From NCBI GenBank assembly GCA_021815445.1, contig JAKAGM010000001.1:531710-595709 (forward strand): a DNA stretch of 64,000 nt. The letters are read 5' to 3'. The DNA is from a bacterium. Lineage in GTDB: Bacteria; Patescibacteriota; Patescibacteriia; UBA10025. The position numbers and the translations under genes were made by a program. The notes under the pieces are model-generated. The model saw only the letters and a program-made list of their open reading frames with translations, did no database searches and had not been told where the DNA came from. Positions 7,493-17,855 of this stretch are shown one piece after another; positions within the stretch are counted from its first letter, which is position 1; each line of letters opens with the position of its first letter.

Positions 7493-9424
7493 CTATTTAC
7501 TTTTCGCAGACCCTGAGGTTCCTGAAGGGTTGACCTCCTCATACTGGGCGTCCACGGGTCCCTTGTCATCCTTTTTCTGCTCTGCTCCTTTTGCCTGGCC
7601 TTGGGGACTGCCTTGAGGGGGCTGCTGGCCCTGGTACATCGCCTGGCCTATCTTCTGGATAGCCTGTGAGAGTTCGTCGTGGGCCTTCTTTATTGCCGCG
7701 GCATCGTCGCCGTCTTTCACTTTTTTGAGCGCATCAATCTTTTCTTGCACCTCTTTCTTGGTCTTGTCGTCTACTTTGCTTCCGGCGTCTTTGAGTGACT
7801 TCTCGGACGTATAGACGAGGGATTCTGCCATGTTGCGCATATCAATTGTCTCTTTCTTTTTCTTGTCATCTACGGCGTGCGCCGCGGCTTCCTGCTTCAT
7901 CTTTTCCACTTCGTCTTTTGACAAGCCTGAGGACGCGGTGATAGTGATGGACTGTTCTTTGCTTGTGGCCTTGTCTTTCGCTTTCACATTCAGTATGCCG
8001 TTCGCGTCAATGTCGAAGCTGACCTCTACCTGCGGCACTCCACGGGGCGCCGGCGGAATGCCCGAGAGCATAAACCGTCCGAGCGACTTGTTGTCACCTG
8101 CCATGGGGCGTTCGCCCTGCAGGACGTGGATTTCCACTGACGTCTGGTTGTCCGCGGCTGTGGAGAATACTTGCGACTTGGATGTCGGGATAGTGGTGTT
8201 GCGGTCAATCAACGGTGTCATAACACTGCCGAGCGTCTCTAACCCTAGCGTGAGCGGCGTGACATCAAGCAAGAGAATGTCTTTTACATCTCCTTGAAGA
8301 ACGCCCGCTTGGACAGCCGCGCCGACTGCAACTACTTCGTCAGGATTCACGCCGAGGTGCGGTTTCCTGCCAAAGAACTTCTCGACTGTCTGTTGAACTA
8401 AGGGCATACGAGTCATACCGCCGACCATAACTACTTCCTGGATGTCGGACGTCTTGAGTCCTGCGTCATCCAGCGCTTTTTGCGTCGGGCCCATGGTCTT
8501 TTGCACCAGGTCCCCTACCAGATCTTCCAACTTAGCGCGGGACATCTTGAGGAGCAAGTGCTTCGGTCCTGATGCGTCAGAGGTGATGAACGGCTGGTTG
8601 ATTTCAGTTTCCATCTGCGTCGAGAGCTCCATCTTTGCCTTTTCAGCTGACTCCTTGAGACGCTGTAAGGCGAGCTCATCCTTGCTGAGGTCGATGCCTT
8701 GATCCTTTTTGAACTCTTCAGCAATCCAATGAATAATCACCTGGTCAAAGTCATCACCGCCCAAGTGCGTGTCGCCGTTGGTCGCTTTGACTTCCACCGT
8801 GTCTTTTGAAACTTCGAGGATGGAAATGTCGAATGTACCGCCGCCGAGGTCGTAGACGGCTATCTTTTCATCCTTTTTCTTGTCGAAACCGTAGGCAAGC
8901 GCCGCCGCTGTCGGCTCGTTGATGATGCGGCGGACTTTGAGACCGGCGATTTCACCGGCGTCTTTCGTCGCCTGGCGCTGTGAGTCGTCGAAATACGCGG
9001 GGACAGTGATGACAGCTTCTTCGATCTTTTCGCCGAGCTTGTCCTCTGCGTCAGCTTTGAGCTTCGAGAGCACCATCGCAGAGATTTCCTGCGGCGAGTA
9101 TTCCTTGCCGCCCATCTCTACTTTGACGCCCTGCCCCGACTGGACCATCTTGTAGGGCATGAGCTTGAGGTCTCGCTGAACCTCGGCGTCGTCGAAGCGT
9201 CGTCCGATCAGGCGCTTCACTGAAAAAATAGTGTTCTTTGGGTTGACGACGGCCTGGCGCTTGGCCGACATGCCGACGATGCGTTCTCCTGTCTTGGAGA
9301 CGGCGACGACTGACGGAGTCGTCCTGTTGCCGTCTTTGTTTTCGATGACCTTCGGTTCGCCGCCCTCCATGACTGCCATGGCTGAGTTGGTCGTACCGAG
9401 GTCTATTCCGAGAATTTTTGACAT
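7493..9424 (-). CDS. dnaK: Chaperone DnaK (Hsp70)
   Basis: [23 protein letters not shown] motifs. Confidence 0.99.
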   Translation of the reverse strand: MSKILGIDLGTTNSAMAVMEGGEPKVIENKDGNRTTPSVVAVSKTGERIVGMSAKRQAVVNPKNTIFSVKRLIGRRFDDAEVQRDLKLMPYKMVQSGQGVKVEMGGKEYSPQEISAMVLSKLKADAEDKLGEKIEEAVITVPAYFDDSQRQATKDAGEIAGLKVRRIINEPTAAALAYGFDKKKDEKIAVYDLGGGTFDISILEVSKDTVEVKATNGDTHLGGDDFDQVIIHWIAEEFKKDQGIDLSKDELALQRLKESAEKAKMELSTQMETEINQPFITSDASGPKHLLLKMSRAKLEDLVGDLVQKTMGPTQKALDDAGLKTSDIQEVVMVGGMTRMPLVQQTVEKFFGRKPHLGVNPDEVVAVGAAVQAGVLQGDVKDILLLDVTPLTLGLETLGSVMTPLIDRNTTIPTSKSQVFSTAADNQTSVEIHVLQGERPMAGDNKSLGRFMLSGIPPAPRGVPQVEVSFDIDANGILNVKAKDKATSKEQSITITASSGLSKDEVEKMKQEAAAHAVDDKKKKETIDMRNMAESLVYTSEKSLKDAGSKVDDKTKKEVQEKIDALKKVKDGDDAAAIKKAHDELSQAIQKIGQAMYQGQQPPQGSPQGQAKGAEQKKDDKGPVDAQYEEVNPSGTSGSAKSK

Positions 9425-9645
9425 AATGGTGAGTTGAGAATTAGTAATTGATTATGGGAATGAATCTGCCTGCCGTACGCCGCATTTTTCCGCATGTGGC
9501 CGCGAACCTTGATGCCGCCGCGCCGGGTATGGGCCGCCACCCAGAATTGCTTCCTTGAGCGGGCCGGCGGAGCTTTGTGCTCGTCGCCGCCGGAGTATTT
9601 CCGGCCTTTCGCGCGTTCTTTTTTCCATGAACCTGGCGTAACCAT
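9403..9645 (-). CDS. Small basic protein with WVxxHTRxxGxxVRGHxR motif
   Basis: Lies within the operon between the Zn-ribbon gene and dnaK; overlaps the dnaK start. Confidence 0.55.
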   Translation of the reverse strand: MVTPGSWKKERAKGRKYSGGDEHKAPPARSRKQFWVAAHTRRGGIKVRGHMRKNAAYGRQIHSHNQLLILNSPLCQKFSE

Positions 9646-9655
9646 ATATTTTTAC

Positions 9656-9997
9656 TTAAAACATATCGAGGAAATTATCCTGGGAATTGAGCCGGGCGTG
9701 AATCTCCAGCACCTGGTCGTCTCCGAGCATTTCATCCTCCGTGTAGCGTAGGACCTCATTTTCATTCAAATCGGTAGGCATGGTGACAAAATTCAGCCGC
9801 CCCTGTCCGAAAGAAATTGATGAGACGGAGCCCGTCTGGCACTGCTGGCAGCGGATGTAGAGCAACGTATTGCCTTCACGTTCCTCCAGAACCTGCAGGT
9901 GGACGAGGTCGAACCTCTGCCCGCAGATCGAGCAAAACGCTTCTGCTTTGATGATGTCGTGCCGCGGTCCGATCGGAAATTGTGGTCGAATAGGCAT
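9656..9997 (-). CDS. Zinc-ribbon protein
   Basis: CSIC and CQQC pairs; start placed at MPIRPQ (ORF extends to 10048). Confidence 0.75.
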   Translation of the reverse strand: MPIRPQFPIGPRHDIIKAEAFCSICGQRFDLVHLQVLEEREGNTLLYIRCQQCQTGSVSSISFGQGRLNFVTMPTDLNENEVLRYTEDEMLGDDQVLEIHARLNSQDNFLDMF

Positions 9998-10072
9998 AAT
10001 GATTGATTCACGAGTCTGGCACGGTTTTTTGGCCGTGGTCAGGCCCATGCCCCAATCGGGGCTGGGAAGTAA

Positions 10073-10477
10073 TTACTTGGATATTTTGACAGGGACTTTT
10101 TTGGGCTTTACCTCCTCCGCTTTCGGAATAGTGACTTTCATCAAACCGTTATGGAAGTGCGCCGAAGCCTTGTCAGCCTGTACGTGGGTCGGGAGAGCGA
10201 TGCTCCTATAGAAACTCCCGGACCTGACTTCCTTGCGGTAGTAATTCTTCTCATCCACTTCACTCTTTTTTTCCATGTTGCCTTCGATCTTGAGAACGTT
10301 GTCCTCGACGGTAATGCTAACTTTCTCCGGGTCCACGCCCGCAAGCGCAGATTCTACGTAGACATTGTCTTTGTCTTCATAGACATCCATCGCCGGGACG
10401 AAAGACTGGGGTATGCCCTCAAAAAACCTGTCAAAGGCGTCAAGGTCTGTCCATGGATTCCATCGTATAATTGCCAT
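10073..10477 (-). CDS. Hsp20/alpha-crystallin small heat-shock protein
   Basis: PAMDVYE, GSFYRSIALP, A.F.NG.M.VTIPK motifs; AGGAGG RBS. Confidence 0.95.
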   Translation of the reverse strand: MAIIRWNPWTDLDAFDRFFEGIPQSFVPAMDVYEDKDNVYVESALAGVDPEKVSITVEDNVLKIEGNMEKKSEVDEKNYYRKEVRSGSFYRSIALPTHVQADKASAHFHNGLMKVTIPKAEEVKPKKVPVKISK

Positions 10478-10516
10478 ACTATGTACACCTCCTTTCGTTG
10501 GTAAGGTTACGCGTTT

Positions 10517-10663
10517 TTACGAGCAACAATCTCCGTGCTTGCCGCACATGCACTCATGTTTTTCGCCGTGTTCTTGAGACTTACCATCTTTGCAGCAGTC
10601 ATCATCGGAACCTTGGTGAGAGTGCTTTTTATCTGCCGGGCTCTGCTTGTGTGTATTGTCCAT
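10517..10663 (-). CDS. His/Cys-rich 48-aa peptide (metallothionein/Hpn-like)
   Basis: Hand translation MDNTHKQSPADKKHSHQGSDDDCCKDGKSQEHGEKHECMCGKHGDCCS; fills the grpE-hsp20 gap. Confidence 0.65.
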   Translation of the reverse strand: MDNTHKQSPADKKHSHQGSDDDCCKDGKSQEHGEKHECMCGKHGDCCS

Positions 10664-10691
10664 AGTTTTCCTGAAAAATTAATGAAGATGA

Positions 10692-11222
10692 TTATTCAGC
10701 TATTTTGACCTTTGCCGCCTGGAGGGTTTTGCCGTGGTATATGTAGCCGGGCTGTATTTCCTCGAGAATCTCCCCGTGCTCCTTGCCTTCAATCTTTTCC
10801 TTTGCCACCGCTTCATGGAGCTCAGGGTCAAATGTTTTTCCGGCTGTCTCTATCTCGTGGATATTGATGTTTGAAAGCAGCGTCTTGAATTCGGTGGCGA
10901 TATGCTCTATACCTTTCATCCACTGGTGCGACTTCTGCTCCTGCGGGGCGTGCTTCAGCGCGAGCTTCAGGTGGTTATAGATGGGTAGCAGTTCGATAAT
11001 AAGCGCCGCATTGGCAAACTGGACAATCTCCTGCTCCCGTTTCGCGGAATCTTTCTTGAGATTCAGGTAATCGGCTTTCGCCCGCTTCCAACCGTTCAGA
11101 TATTCTTCCGCAATCTTTTTCGCTTTTACGAGTTCATCAGTTGGACGCTCGGGCTTCTTCGGGGCGTCGTGAACTTTTTCGGGTTGAGCTGGAGCCGGCT
11201 TGGGCTGGACGTCTTCAGGCAT
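10692..11222 (-). CDS. grpE: Nucleotide exchange factor GrpE
   Basis: KRAKADYLN, FDPELHEAV and GY...AAKVKI motifs; follows hrcA. Confidence 0.95.
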   Translation of the reverse strand: MPEDVQPKPAPAQPEKVHDAPKKPERPTDELVKAKKIAEEYLNGWKRAKADYLNLKKDSAKREQEIVQFANAALIIELLPIYNHLKLALKHAPQEQKSHQWMKGIEHIATEFKTLLSNINIHEIETAGKTFDPELHEAVAKEKIEGKEHGEILEEIQPGYIYHGKTLQAAKVKIAE

Positions 11223-11934
11223 GGGGGTTCTGTTGTGAAGTTTCTAAAAGCTCCTGGGCAAACCTGAGACGGCATGAGTTCGCCGCGTAATCCATCCGCA
11301 TGGGTCCCACAATAGCCATCACAGAGTTTTTTCCGTCATGAGTATACTGCATCATCATGGTACCGCATTCTTTGCCAAACGGATTTTCGCTCCCGATCAG
11401 CGTTTCGATTTCACGTTTCACATTTGGGAAAATATCGTGGACAATGTCATCGAGGTGGTCGATGACTTCTGTGATATGCGAAATGATATTGAAGTCCCGG
11501 AACTCCGGCTGAGAAAAAAGACATGAGATGCCGGTGTAATAAATGTCATCGGGTGAAAAAGCCACGACGACGGCCTCCTGTGAAAGCTCGGCAAGCGCTT
11601 TTGCCAGCCGTTTTGTCTTGGCTTCATAGTCCGGTGCATCGGCAACGGCATCGGTAAGAGCGCCTTTCTCTTTTGTCGCTAACTCTTTTTCATGGACGAG
11701 ATTATCGAGATAATACTTCCAGCCCTTTTCGGTGGGAATTCTGCCAGCTGAGGTATATTGGTGGGTTAAATATCCCTCTTTTTCAAGCTCCATCATGTCG
11801 TTACGAACGGTGGCCGGAGATACACCAAGCTGGTACTTATCCACAAGCAGCTTAGACCCTACTGCGCCGCAGTTCCTGATGTGTTCATTGATTATTGCGC
11901 TAAATAAAGCGATTTTTCTGTCATTCGTACTCAT
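11215..11934 (-). CDS. hrcA: Heat-inducible transcription repressor HrcA (short form)
   Basis: SPATVRNDM, SAGRIPTEKG and GPMRMDY motifs; CIRCE upstream. Confidence 0.95.
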   Translation of the reverse strand: MSTNDRKIALFSAIINEHIRNCGAVGSKLLVDKYQLGVSPATVRNDMMELEKEGYLTHQYTSAGRIPTEKGWKYYLDNLVHEKELATKEKGALTDAVADAPDYEAKTKRLAKALAELSQEAVVVAFSPDDIYYTGISCLFSQPEFRDFNIISHITEVIDHLDDIVHDIFPNVKREIETLIGSENPFGKECGTMMMQYTHDGKNSVMAIVGPMRMDYAANSCRLRFAQELLETSQQNPHA

Positions 11935-11966
11935 AGTTTGTTCGCTCAGACCTAATTATAAACTGG

Positions 11967-11993
11967 TTAGCACTCTATGGTCAAGAGTGCTAA
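11967..11993. promoter_or_regulatory. CIRCE operator overlapping the hrcA promoter
   Basis: Perfect TTAGCACTC-N9-GAGTGCTAA; minus-strand TTGACC within it and TATAAT at 11955-11960. Confidence 0.97.
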
Positions 11994-12069
11994 TTCGTTG
12001 AAATACCAAATTATCTGCCCAAAGAAGAGTCCGAAGTCCTTTCACAACAGCCTAAAGATCTTTTCTCTC

Positions 12070-12114
12070 CATCCTGAGCGACCCTGAGCACAGTCGAAGG
12101 GGAGCCGAAGGATC
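12070..12114 (+). repeat. Nested REP-like palindromes
   Basis: CATCCTGAGCG-[ACCCTGAGCACAGTCGAAGGG]-GAGCCGAAGGATC. Confidence 0.55.
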
Positions 12115-12225
12115 CCCTGGATATTCGTGACATCGAGTATTTCTGCAGAACCTTCGTCACCCAAACCTGAACTGGCCCGGAGGGCAAACTTCCCTTTCAA
12201 GTATACTCGTATGGTCCTTTCAAAC

Positions 12226-13290
12226 TCACTGCTTATCGGGCTGGGACAAATTGGTGGCCTGCCCGTTCCCATTTCCGTTTGCCGGCAAGGTTGGCTTGCT
12301 AAAGATAGCCTGGCCGATCCTGATACCGAAGTGAGAAAGGAAAAGGAATCCGATGATAACTTTAAGGAAATCCACTGAGCGGAAGATGAGACTGAAAGCT
12401 ACTCCGCTCTCCGGGCTGAACCCGATGACTGAAAAAATTAATGCCTCCCCCGTCTCCGTACTGCCGAAGGAACCCGGAATGGGGAGGAGAAAGGTGATAA
12501 TCGTCAGCGTCGAGACGAGGACGACATGGAGCAATGTGGCATGGAGCCCGATAGATATCATGATAAACCACATGGCAAGCAGCGTCATCAACCCGCCAAG
12601 CACGGAGAGTCCGAGACCCTGCCAAAGCGCCTTGCGGTCACGGTTAAAGAATCTGATGATGATAAGCTCAAGCTTGCCTATCTTGTCCATGAATTTCGCG
12701 ACGAACGCAAGCCTATGGAGCTGCAAGAATCTGATGATGGCCCCGAAGAAATCCCGCGAGCGAAGAGTTTTGTAATAAAAGAGGATGATGAGGAAAATAA
12801 ACGTCAGGCCCACAATAAGCAAAATGGCTATGCTTTTCCATGAAAGACTGAATTTCATCAGCACGTAAAATATGGAAAAAAGCAAGAACGGCAGCCCGAA
12901 ACTGAAATCCATCATTTTATCTATAATGACGGAGGCAAGCCCGTCCGAAAACGGTACTCCCGCGTCTTTTTTGAGCACGAGAGCGCGGAAGCTCTCCCCG
13001 AAGCCGGCATTGGGCGAGGGCGTGAAATAATCCACCGCATACCCGACGATCTTGGAGGGAAAAAGCTTCGACATGGGCAGGTCGTGTCCTTCACTCTTGA
13101 GAATTATTTTCCAGCGGTACTGGGTGATGATGAACGCGAGGAAATACAAGAAGAGAATGACAAACCATCTCGCGAAAGAAAAGCCGGTGATCGTTTGCCA
13201 AATGCTGGTAACGCCTACTTTATAGATGACGCCGATGAATAACGCGATACCGATGACGCCGGAGACGATAAAAAAGATGATTTTTTTCAC
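12226..13290 (-). CDS. Lysylphosphatidylglycerol synthase TM / flippase-like (UPF0104) membrane protein
   Basis: RW..IL, FTP...GE..RA, PGSFGSTE and FR motifs; about 8 TM segments. Confidence 0.85.
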   Translation of the reverse strand: MKKIIFFIVSGVIGIALFIGVIYKVGVTSIWQTITGFSFARWFVILFLYFLAFIITQYRWKIILKSEGHDLPMSKLFPSKIVGYAVDYFTPSPNAGFGESFRALVLKKDAGVPFSDGLASVIIDKMMDFSFGLPFLLFSIFYVLMKFSLSWKSIAILLIVGLTFIFLIILFYYKTLRSRDFFGAIIRFLQLHRLAFVAKFMDKIGKLELIIIRFFNRDRKALWQGLGLSVLGGLMTLLAMWFIMISIGLHATLLHVVLVSTLTIITFLLPIPGSFGSTETGEALIFSVIGFSPESGVAFSLIFRSVDFLKVIIGFLFLSHFGIRIGQAIFSKPTLPANGNGNGQATNLSQPDKQ

Positions 13291-13359
13291 GAGAGGAAAA
13301 GCTAAAAAAAGAGAGTGTTTATCCTCTCGATATCATAGCATATCGGGCCTTTTTTTCAA

Positions 13360-14166
13360 TCATTCATTAGGCCAGACGACAATCATTGCTTTCGCGCCCG
13401 TGGTAATGTCCCCGCCTTCCACCCAGTCATGGATGGCATTGTAGAGTACGTCGGGTTTGTACTGGTATTGCTCACCCTTTCGGGTGCCGGGATCGTTGGT
13501 GATTATCATATCTTTGGTCCATCCGCGAACCACGAGCATGTGGTAGATGGGCCCTGGCGACTTGAAATTCGGATTGCCGAGCAAACGTCCTGCAGTAGGA
13601 ATAATAACAGGCCTCCCCTGGGCAACCTCGCGTTTAATGTCATCAATGGTTATCCCATACTTTACATCAACACGTTTGTAGCCCCAGAGTCCTTTGATAA
13701 CATTGGCTGTCTGTTGGGCTGTAGTATCTTTATAAAATCCTAATGTCGCATTTTCGTAATCAACGATACGTTGAAGTTCCTGCGCAGCAATATCGTTTGT
13801 AAAAGTCTTGTGCTGCCAGTAGTAGTGCACAATAAGCGATGCCGCTTCTTCACAGGATTCCTCGTCCTGCGCCGTCCATTTCGCGTATGGCGACTGTGTG
13901 GTAAACGGAACCGCGAGGTTAAATGTCTCCGGGAGCGGTTTCTCGACTTGGGTGTTAACGAGGGTATTGGTGTTCACCGAGTTTGTTGCTGAATTAACTG
14001 TGGGCGTATCATGCTGAGTATTTTGCAGCTCGTCAAACGTAACTGCGGGTACGTCTTTTTGGAAAAGTTTGTCGATGCGAGCCTTAATTCCGATGCGGTG
14101 TTGGTAACCGAAGACGGCCGCGGCTGCAGCGAGGATAAATAATGAGATGAGAAGTTTGCGTTTCAT
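13360..14166 (-). CDS. Membrane-anchored C39-like cysteine peptidase
   Basis: VPFTTQ...SCEEA, GRPVI, YHMLVVRG, NDP; N-terminal TM. Confidence 0.85.
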   Translation of the reverse strand: MKRKLLISLFILAAAAAVFGYQHRIGIKARIDKLFQKDVPAVTFDELQNTQHDTPTVNSATNSVNTNTLVNTQVEKPLPETFNLAVPFTTQSPYAKWTAQDEESCEEAASLIVHYYWQHKTFTNDIAAQELQRIVDYENATLGFYKDTTAQQTANVIKGLWGYKRVDVKYGITIDDIKREVAQGRPVIIPTAGRLLGNPNFKSPGPIYHMLVVRGWTKDMIITNDPGTRKGEQYQYKPDVLYNAIHDWVEGGDITTGAKAMIVVWPNE

Positions 14167-14284
14167 ATATTCAATATCGAGGCATAAAACAACTCATGCT
14201 AGCATGAGTTCACGGCAATGTCAACACCGAACCGATATCGGACAACCAACAGCCGGACTGTTTTTGACGCTTGAAGATACTTTC

Positions 14285-14404
14285 TTAATACAAAAAGTAA
14301 ACAGAAACGGCAATGCCCAATAGCACGATAAGACCGAGCCCGATCCAAAGTGCGCGCTTTGCTTTGCGTATTCTCGGGTCTGAAATAATGGGAAAGTTAT
14401 CCAT
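14285..14404 (-). CDS. 39-aa single-TM micro-protein
   Basis: Hand translation MDNFPIISDPRIRKAKRALWIGLGLIVLLGIAVSVYFLY. Confidence 0.55.
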   Translation of the reverse strand: MDNFPIISDPRIRKAKRALWIGLGLIVLLGIAVSVYFLY

Positions 14405-14466
14405 CGTATGTATACTCTCTCTATGTTATGCAGCCACTTGTCACTGCACCGCACCCTCCGTGTATT

Positions 14467-16392
14467 TTACTCCACAACCACCGCACCCCTTTGAAGCAGA
14501 GACCAGTTCGCCTCAAAGGCCGACGTGGTAAAGTACCTCTCGCCGGACAAAGGGTCAAGGGTGATAATTCGTGAGGGATTGTCGGCCGACCCGATGAACC
14601 CGATAACGACCCGGGCGTGTTCGCCGACTATGGCGATAATACTTTGGCCGTCTTTTGTTTTCCAATCGGCGCGCCGGCCTGACGATGCGTTGCCCCAGAC
14701 GATAACAGGGTTGCCCTTTTGGATTTCTTTGGTGAGATCCTGGACGGTGCCGTTGGTAAAATACCGTGTGCTGCGATACAACGCCCCGACACGCGCTATG
14801 GGCTCCCAATACACTCCGTAGCCCGTCGTCACCTGCTTGCCGTAGTAGTCGCCCACGAACGCTACGTGCGGATTCCCCCACACGCCGTCCTTATGCGGAG
14901 TGGTATCAAAGCCGATTTGATCAATCAGCGCGGATTCCGATACATTCACCCCTTTGTAACGGAGCGCCATGGTAAGCGCCGCGGCTTCACAGGAGAGCGG
15001 GCGTTCCTGCCGGTGAAAAGTGGCGGCGAGCTTGGTCTGGGAAAGCTCGGTGGAAAAAGATGCGCTAAACTCTTTGTTTGAATCGAGACCGTCGACACTC
15101 TTGACGCCTTTTGCAATTTTCACCGCATACGAGCTGTTATACGCGAGCGCGTTGTCGGGCTTGAACAGCATCGTGTTTCCGTTCCATGAGATTTTGCCAC
15201 TGACTGCCGGCGAAAAAGAAAAAACTTTTTCGGCAGACGCGTGGTTCACGTCCTGGTTAAAGGTAACCTCAACGGTGCTTGAGACACCTGCGCCTGTTGA
15301 ACTGTCGCCGGGTGAGAAATGGTTGACGGTAACATTTCCCAGCGTTGTGAACGTGTAGGGAGCGTCGTTTTCAAAATACCCTCCGGACGCCGTTTTCACC
15401 CCTTTTGGAATTGTAACAGTATACGTCGTGCCAAGCGCCAGCGGGCCGGAGGAATGCGTGAAGGTTTTTTTGTCCGCATCTGCTTTCCATGAACCCGCGA
15501 GCTTGGGATCTATTGTGATGTGTTCAGTAACTGATTTCGCGTCCATGCTCTCGGAAAAAGTAACGGCAATCTTTTCGCCTTTTTTTACGGCATCACCTGT
15601 CGGGGTAAAATCCTTGATGCCCGGCGCCTCCCGGGTCTTCCATGCGCCCGTGAATGCCTGCGCCGGATCGCTCGCATGGACTACAGTCTGTGTCCCCACA
15701 AAATATTGGACATTCTTGCGAAAAATTGTGAGCGTATACTCAGTCCCCTGATGCAGAGGTTCATTGGGCGTTACCGTGTATTGAGTTTTTTCGGCATTCA
15801 GCGTGGCAGCAGCCTCGACTGCCGGATCAAAAACAAAGTCGAACGAAGCAAGCTGGTCATTGGCCACGTCGAGAGCCACGGCCCACGAGGCATCCGGACG
15901 CAGTATATCAGTCTGCGCAGGAGTTACTTCTTTCACCGACGGCACCGGCGGGGTCAAAAGGGTAAACTCAATATTCTGGCTTTTTCCCTGCGCGGTTAAT
16001 ACGTTCCGTACTCCCGCGAGATGTACTTTATACTCGGTGCCCGGCGCAAAAGACACTATCGGCGTGAAGGTCAGCGTTCGCGCCAGGTGCGTAGAATAAG
16101 CAAAATTTTCATACGTCCAGTTGCCCGCAACTTCAGGTTCGATGGTAGCGACAATTTTTCTGTTCACAGGCCGGTCAAAAGCAATGCGGATGGAGGCCTG
16201 CGGTGAGACATATGTGCCAAGGGTATCATACGTAGCGGCATGGGAGGGCGGTAAAGAGATAAATATTAATACCCCTAGAACAAAAACGAGCGCAACATTT
16301 AAACGATAAAATGTTCCGGAATGTTTACGTGGCTTCTTTTCTCCCAATGGATTTTCCATGGGCAATGATGATTCAGCTTTTATTTTCGTCAT
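14467..16392 (-). CDS. Surface protein with Ig-like (Big_5/SbsA) repeats and C-terminal C39 peptidase
   Basis: Repeated F.P...L..GT.YTVTI units; Q...SCEAA, GNPVIVW, EHA, DP motifs; start uncertain. Confidence 0.85.
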   Translation of the reverse strand: MTKIKAESSLPMENPLGEKKPRKHSGTFYRLNVALVFVLGVLIFISLPPSHAATYDTLGTYVSPQASIRIAFDRPVNRKIVATIEPEVAGNWTYENFAYSTHLARTLTFTPIVSFAPGTEYKVHLAGVRNVLTAQGKSQNIEFTLLTPPVPSVKEVTPAQTDILRPDASWAVALDVANDQLASFDFVFDPAVEAAATLNAEKTQYTVTPNEPLHQGTEYTLTIFRKNVQYFVGTQTVVHASDPAQAFTGAWKTREAPGIKDFTPTGDAVKKGEKIAVTFSESMDAKSVTEHITIDPKLAGSWKADADKKTFTHSSGPLALGTTYTVTIPKGVKTASGGYFENDAPYTFTTLGNVTVNHFSPGDSSTGAGVSSTVEVTFNQDVNHASAEKVFSFSPAVSGKISWNGNTMLFKPDNALAYNSSYAVKIAKGVKSVDGLDSNKEFSASFSTELSQTKLAATFHRQERPLSCEAAALTMALRYKGVNVSESALIDQIGFDTTPHKDGVWGNPHVAFVGDYYGKQVTTGYGVYWEPIARVGALYRSTRYFTNGTVQDLTKEIQKGNPVIVWGNASSGRRADWKTKDGQSIIAIVGEHARVVIGFIGSADNPSRIITLDPLSGERYFTTSAFEANWSLLQRGAVVVE

Positions 16393-16436
16393 TATTATAG
16401 CATAAAAACAGGAAAAAATCAACTTAACCTGGCTGC

Positions 16437-16505
16437 TGTCATCCTGAATTTATTTCAGGATCTTAACAAAGATTGTAAAGATGCTGAATCGGGTTCAGCA
16501 TGACA
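16437..16505. repeat. Inverted doublet of REP-like palindromes
   Basis: TGTCATCCTGAATTTATTTCAGGATCT ... AGATGCTGAATCGGGTTCAGCATGACA. Confidence 0.8.
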
Positions 16506-16584
16506 AACGCGGCGCGCACCCACAGCAGCGGGGTGCGTATGTTATTACTCTCCAGCGTAGGCAGCTGCGCCTGCGCTGCGTTTT

Positions 16585-17721
16585 TTATATTTTCCCCCTC
16601 CTAATCCCCTCCCGTATCTTCGCCACGAACGCATTGAAGAAAGACAGGTTATGGAACGTCAATAAACGCAGGGGTGTCATTTCTTTTGCCCGCAGTAAAT
16701 GGGTAATGTAACCTCGTGAATATGTTTGGCACACTTCGCACGCGCAACGAGGGTCAAGCGGTTTCCTGTCGCTTAAAAAAATATTTTTGCGCATATCCAG
16801 CTGTCCCGCCGACGTGAAGGCAACACCGTGCCGTGCAAAGTGCGTAGGGACGATGCAATCGAACGTGTCCACGCCCGCTTGAATGATGTTTGGGATATCC
16901 TCGAGGTAGCCGATGCCAAGTAAATGCCGCGGTTTGTTTTCCGGCAATGCCGCCGTCACCCAGCGAATCATCCGTACCATCGTCGCTTTGTCACTGCCGA
17001 ACTCTCCGCCGATCCCGTACCCGGGGAAAGGAAGCGAACCGATATACCGTGCGCTTTGCTCACGCAGGTCTCTGTATCGCCCGCCCTGGACTATGCCGAA
17101 TAGCGCCTGCGCACCCTTGTGAACCCGCAGACACTCTTCCGCCCAGCGGTGGGTGAGCTTCACCGATTTCTTCACATAGGCCTTGCTCGCCACCGGCGGA
17201 GGACATTCATCGAAGGCGAATATGATATCGGCGCCCAGGGCCTCTTGGATGCGCATGGATTCTTTCGGGCCTATGAAAAGCTTTTTGCCGTCGACGACGG
17301 ATCGGAAATGCACTCCTTCCTCGGTAATCTTCAGAAACTTCGGCTGGGCGGCGACATGGACCGACTCGGTATGCCCTTCTTTCAGCTGCTTTCCGATGTT
17401 GAAATCGAACCCAAACCCGAGACTGAACACTTGAAAACCGCCGGAATCGGTCATTATGGGCCTATCCCAGTGCATAAACCGGTTCAACCCGCCGTGCCGC
17501 TTCACAACCTTTTCGCCCGGCTTCAAGTGCAAGTGATAGGTGTTTGCGATCACGACCTGGCTTCCGGTCCTTTGTACCTCCTCACCTGTCAGCGTCTTGA
17601 CGACTGCCTGCGTGGCAACGGGAACAAGGGCGGGGGTCTCAATGACTCCGTGCGGCGTATGCAACAATCCCGCGCGCGCTCGGCTTTTTTGAGACTTCTT
17701 TTGAACGGTAAATTTAAACAT
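16585..17721 (-). CDS. tgt: tRNA-guanine transglycosylase
   Basis: NTYHL, TDSGGFQVFSL, GIVQGG, CxCxxC...H zinc site. Confidence 0.95.
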   Translation of the reverse strand: MFKFTVQKKSQKSRARAGLLHTPHGVIETPALVPVATQAVVKTLTGEEVQRTGSQVVIANTYHLHLKPGEKVVKRHGGLNRFMHWDRPIMTDSGGFQVFSLGFGFDFNIGKQLKEGHTESVHVAAQPKFLKITEEGVHFRSVVDGKKLFIGPKESMRIQEALGADIIFAFDECPPPVASKAYVKKSVKLTHRWAEECLRVHKGAQALFGIVQGGRYRDLREQSARYIGSLPFPGYGIGGEFGSDKATMVRMIRWVTAALPENKPRHLLGIGYLEDIPNIIQAGVDTFDCIVPTHFARHGVAFTSAGQLDMRKNIFLSDRKPLDPRCACEVCQTYSRGYITHLLRAKEMTPLRLLTFHNLSFFNAFVAKIREGIRRGKI

Positions 17722-17855
17722 GTGTGTAGTATATCATATGCCCCAATTTCCATATATGCAATTTTGTTTTAAAAAGTTGTTTGACTCTGATGCATAAAAA
17801 AAGGGGGCGGAAAACACAAGGCTCCGCCCTCAAAACCTATGGACCGAAATGTGCA

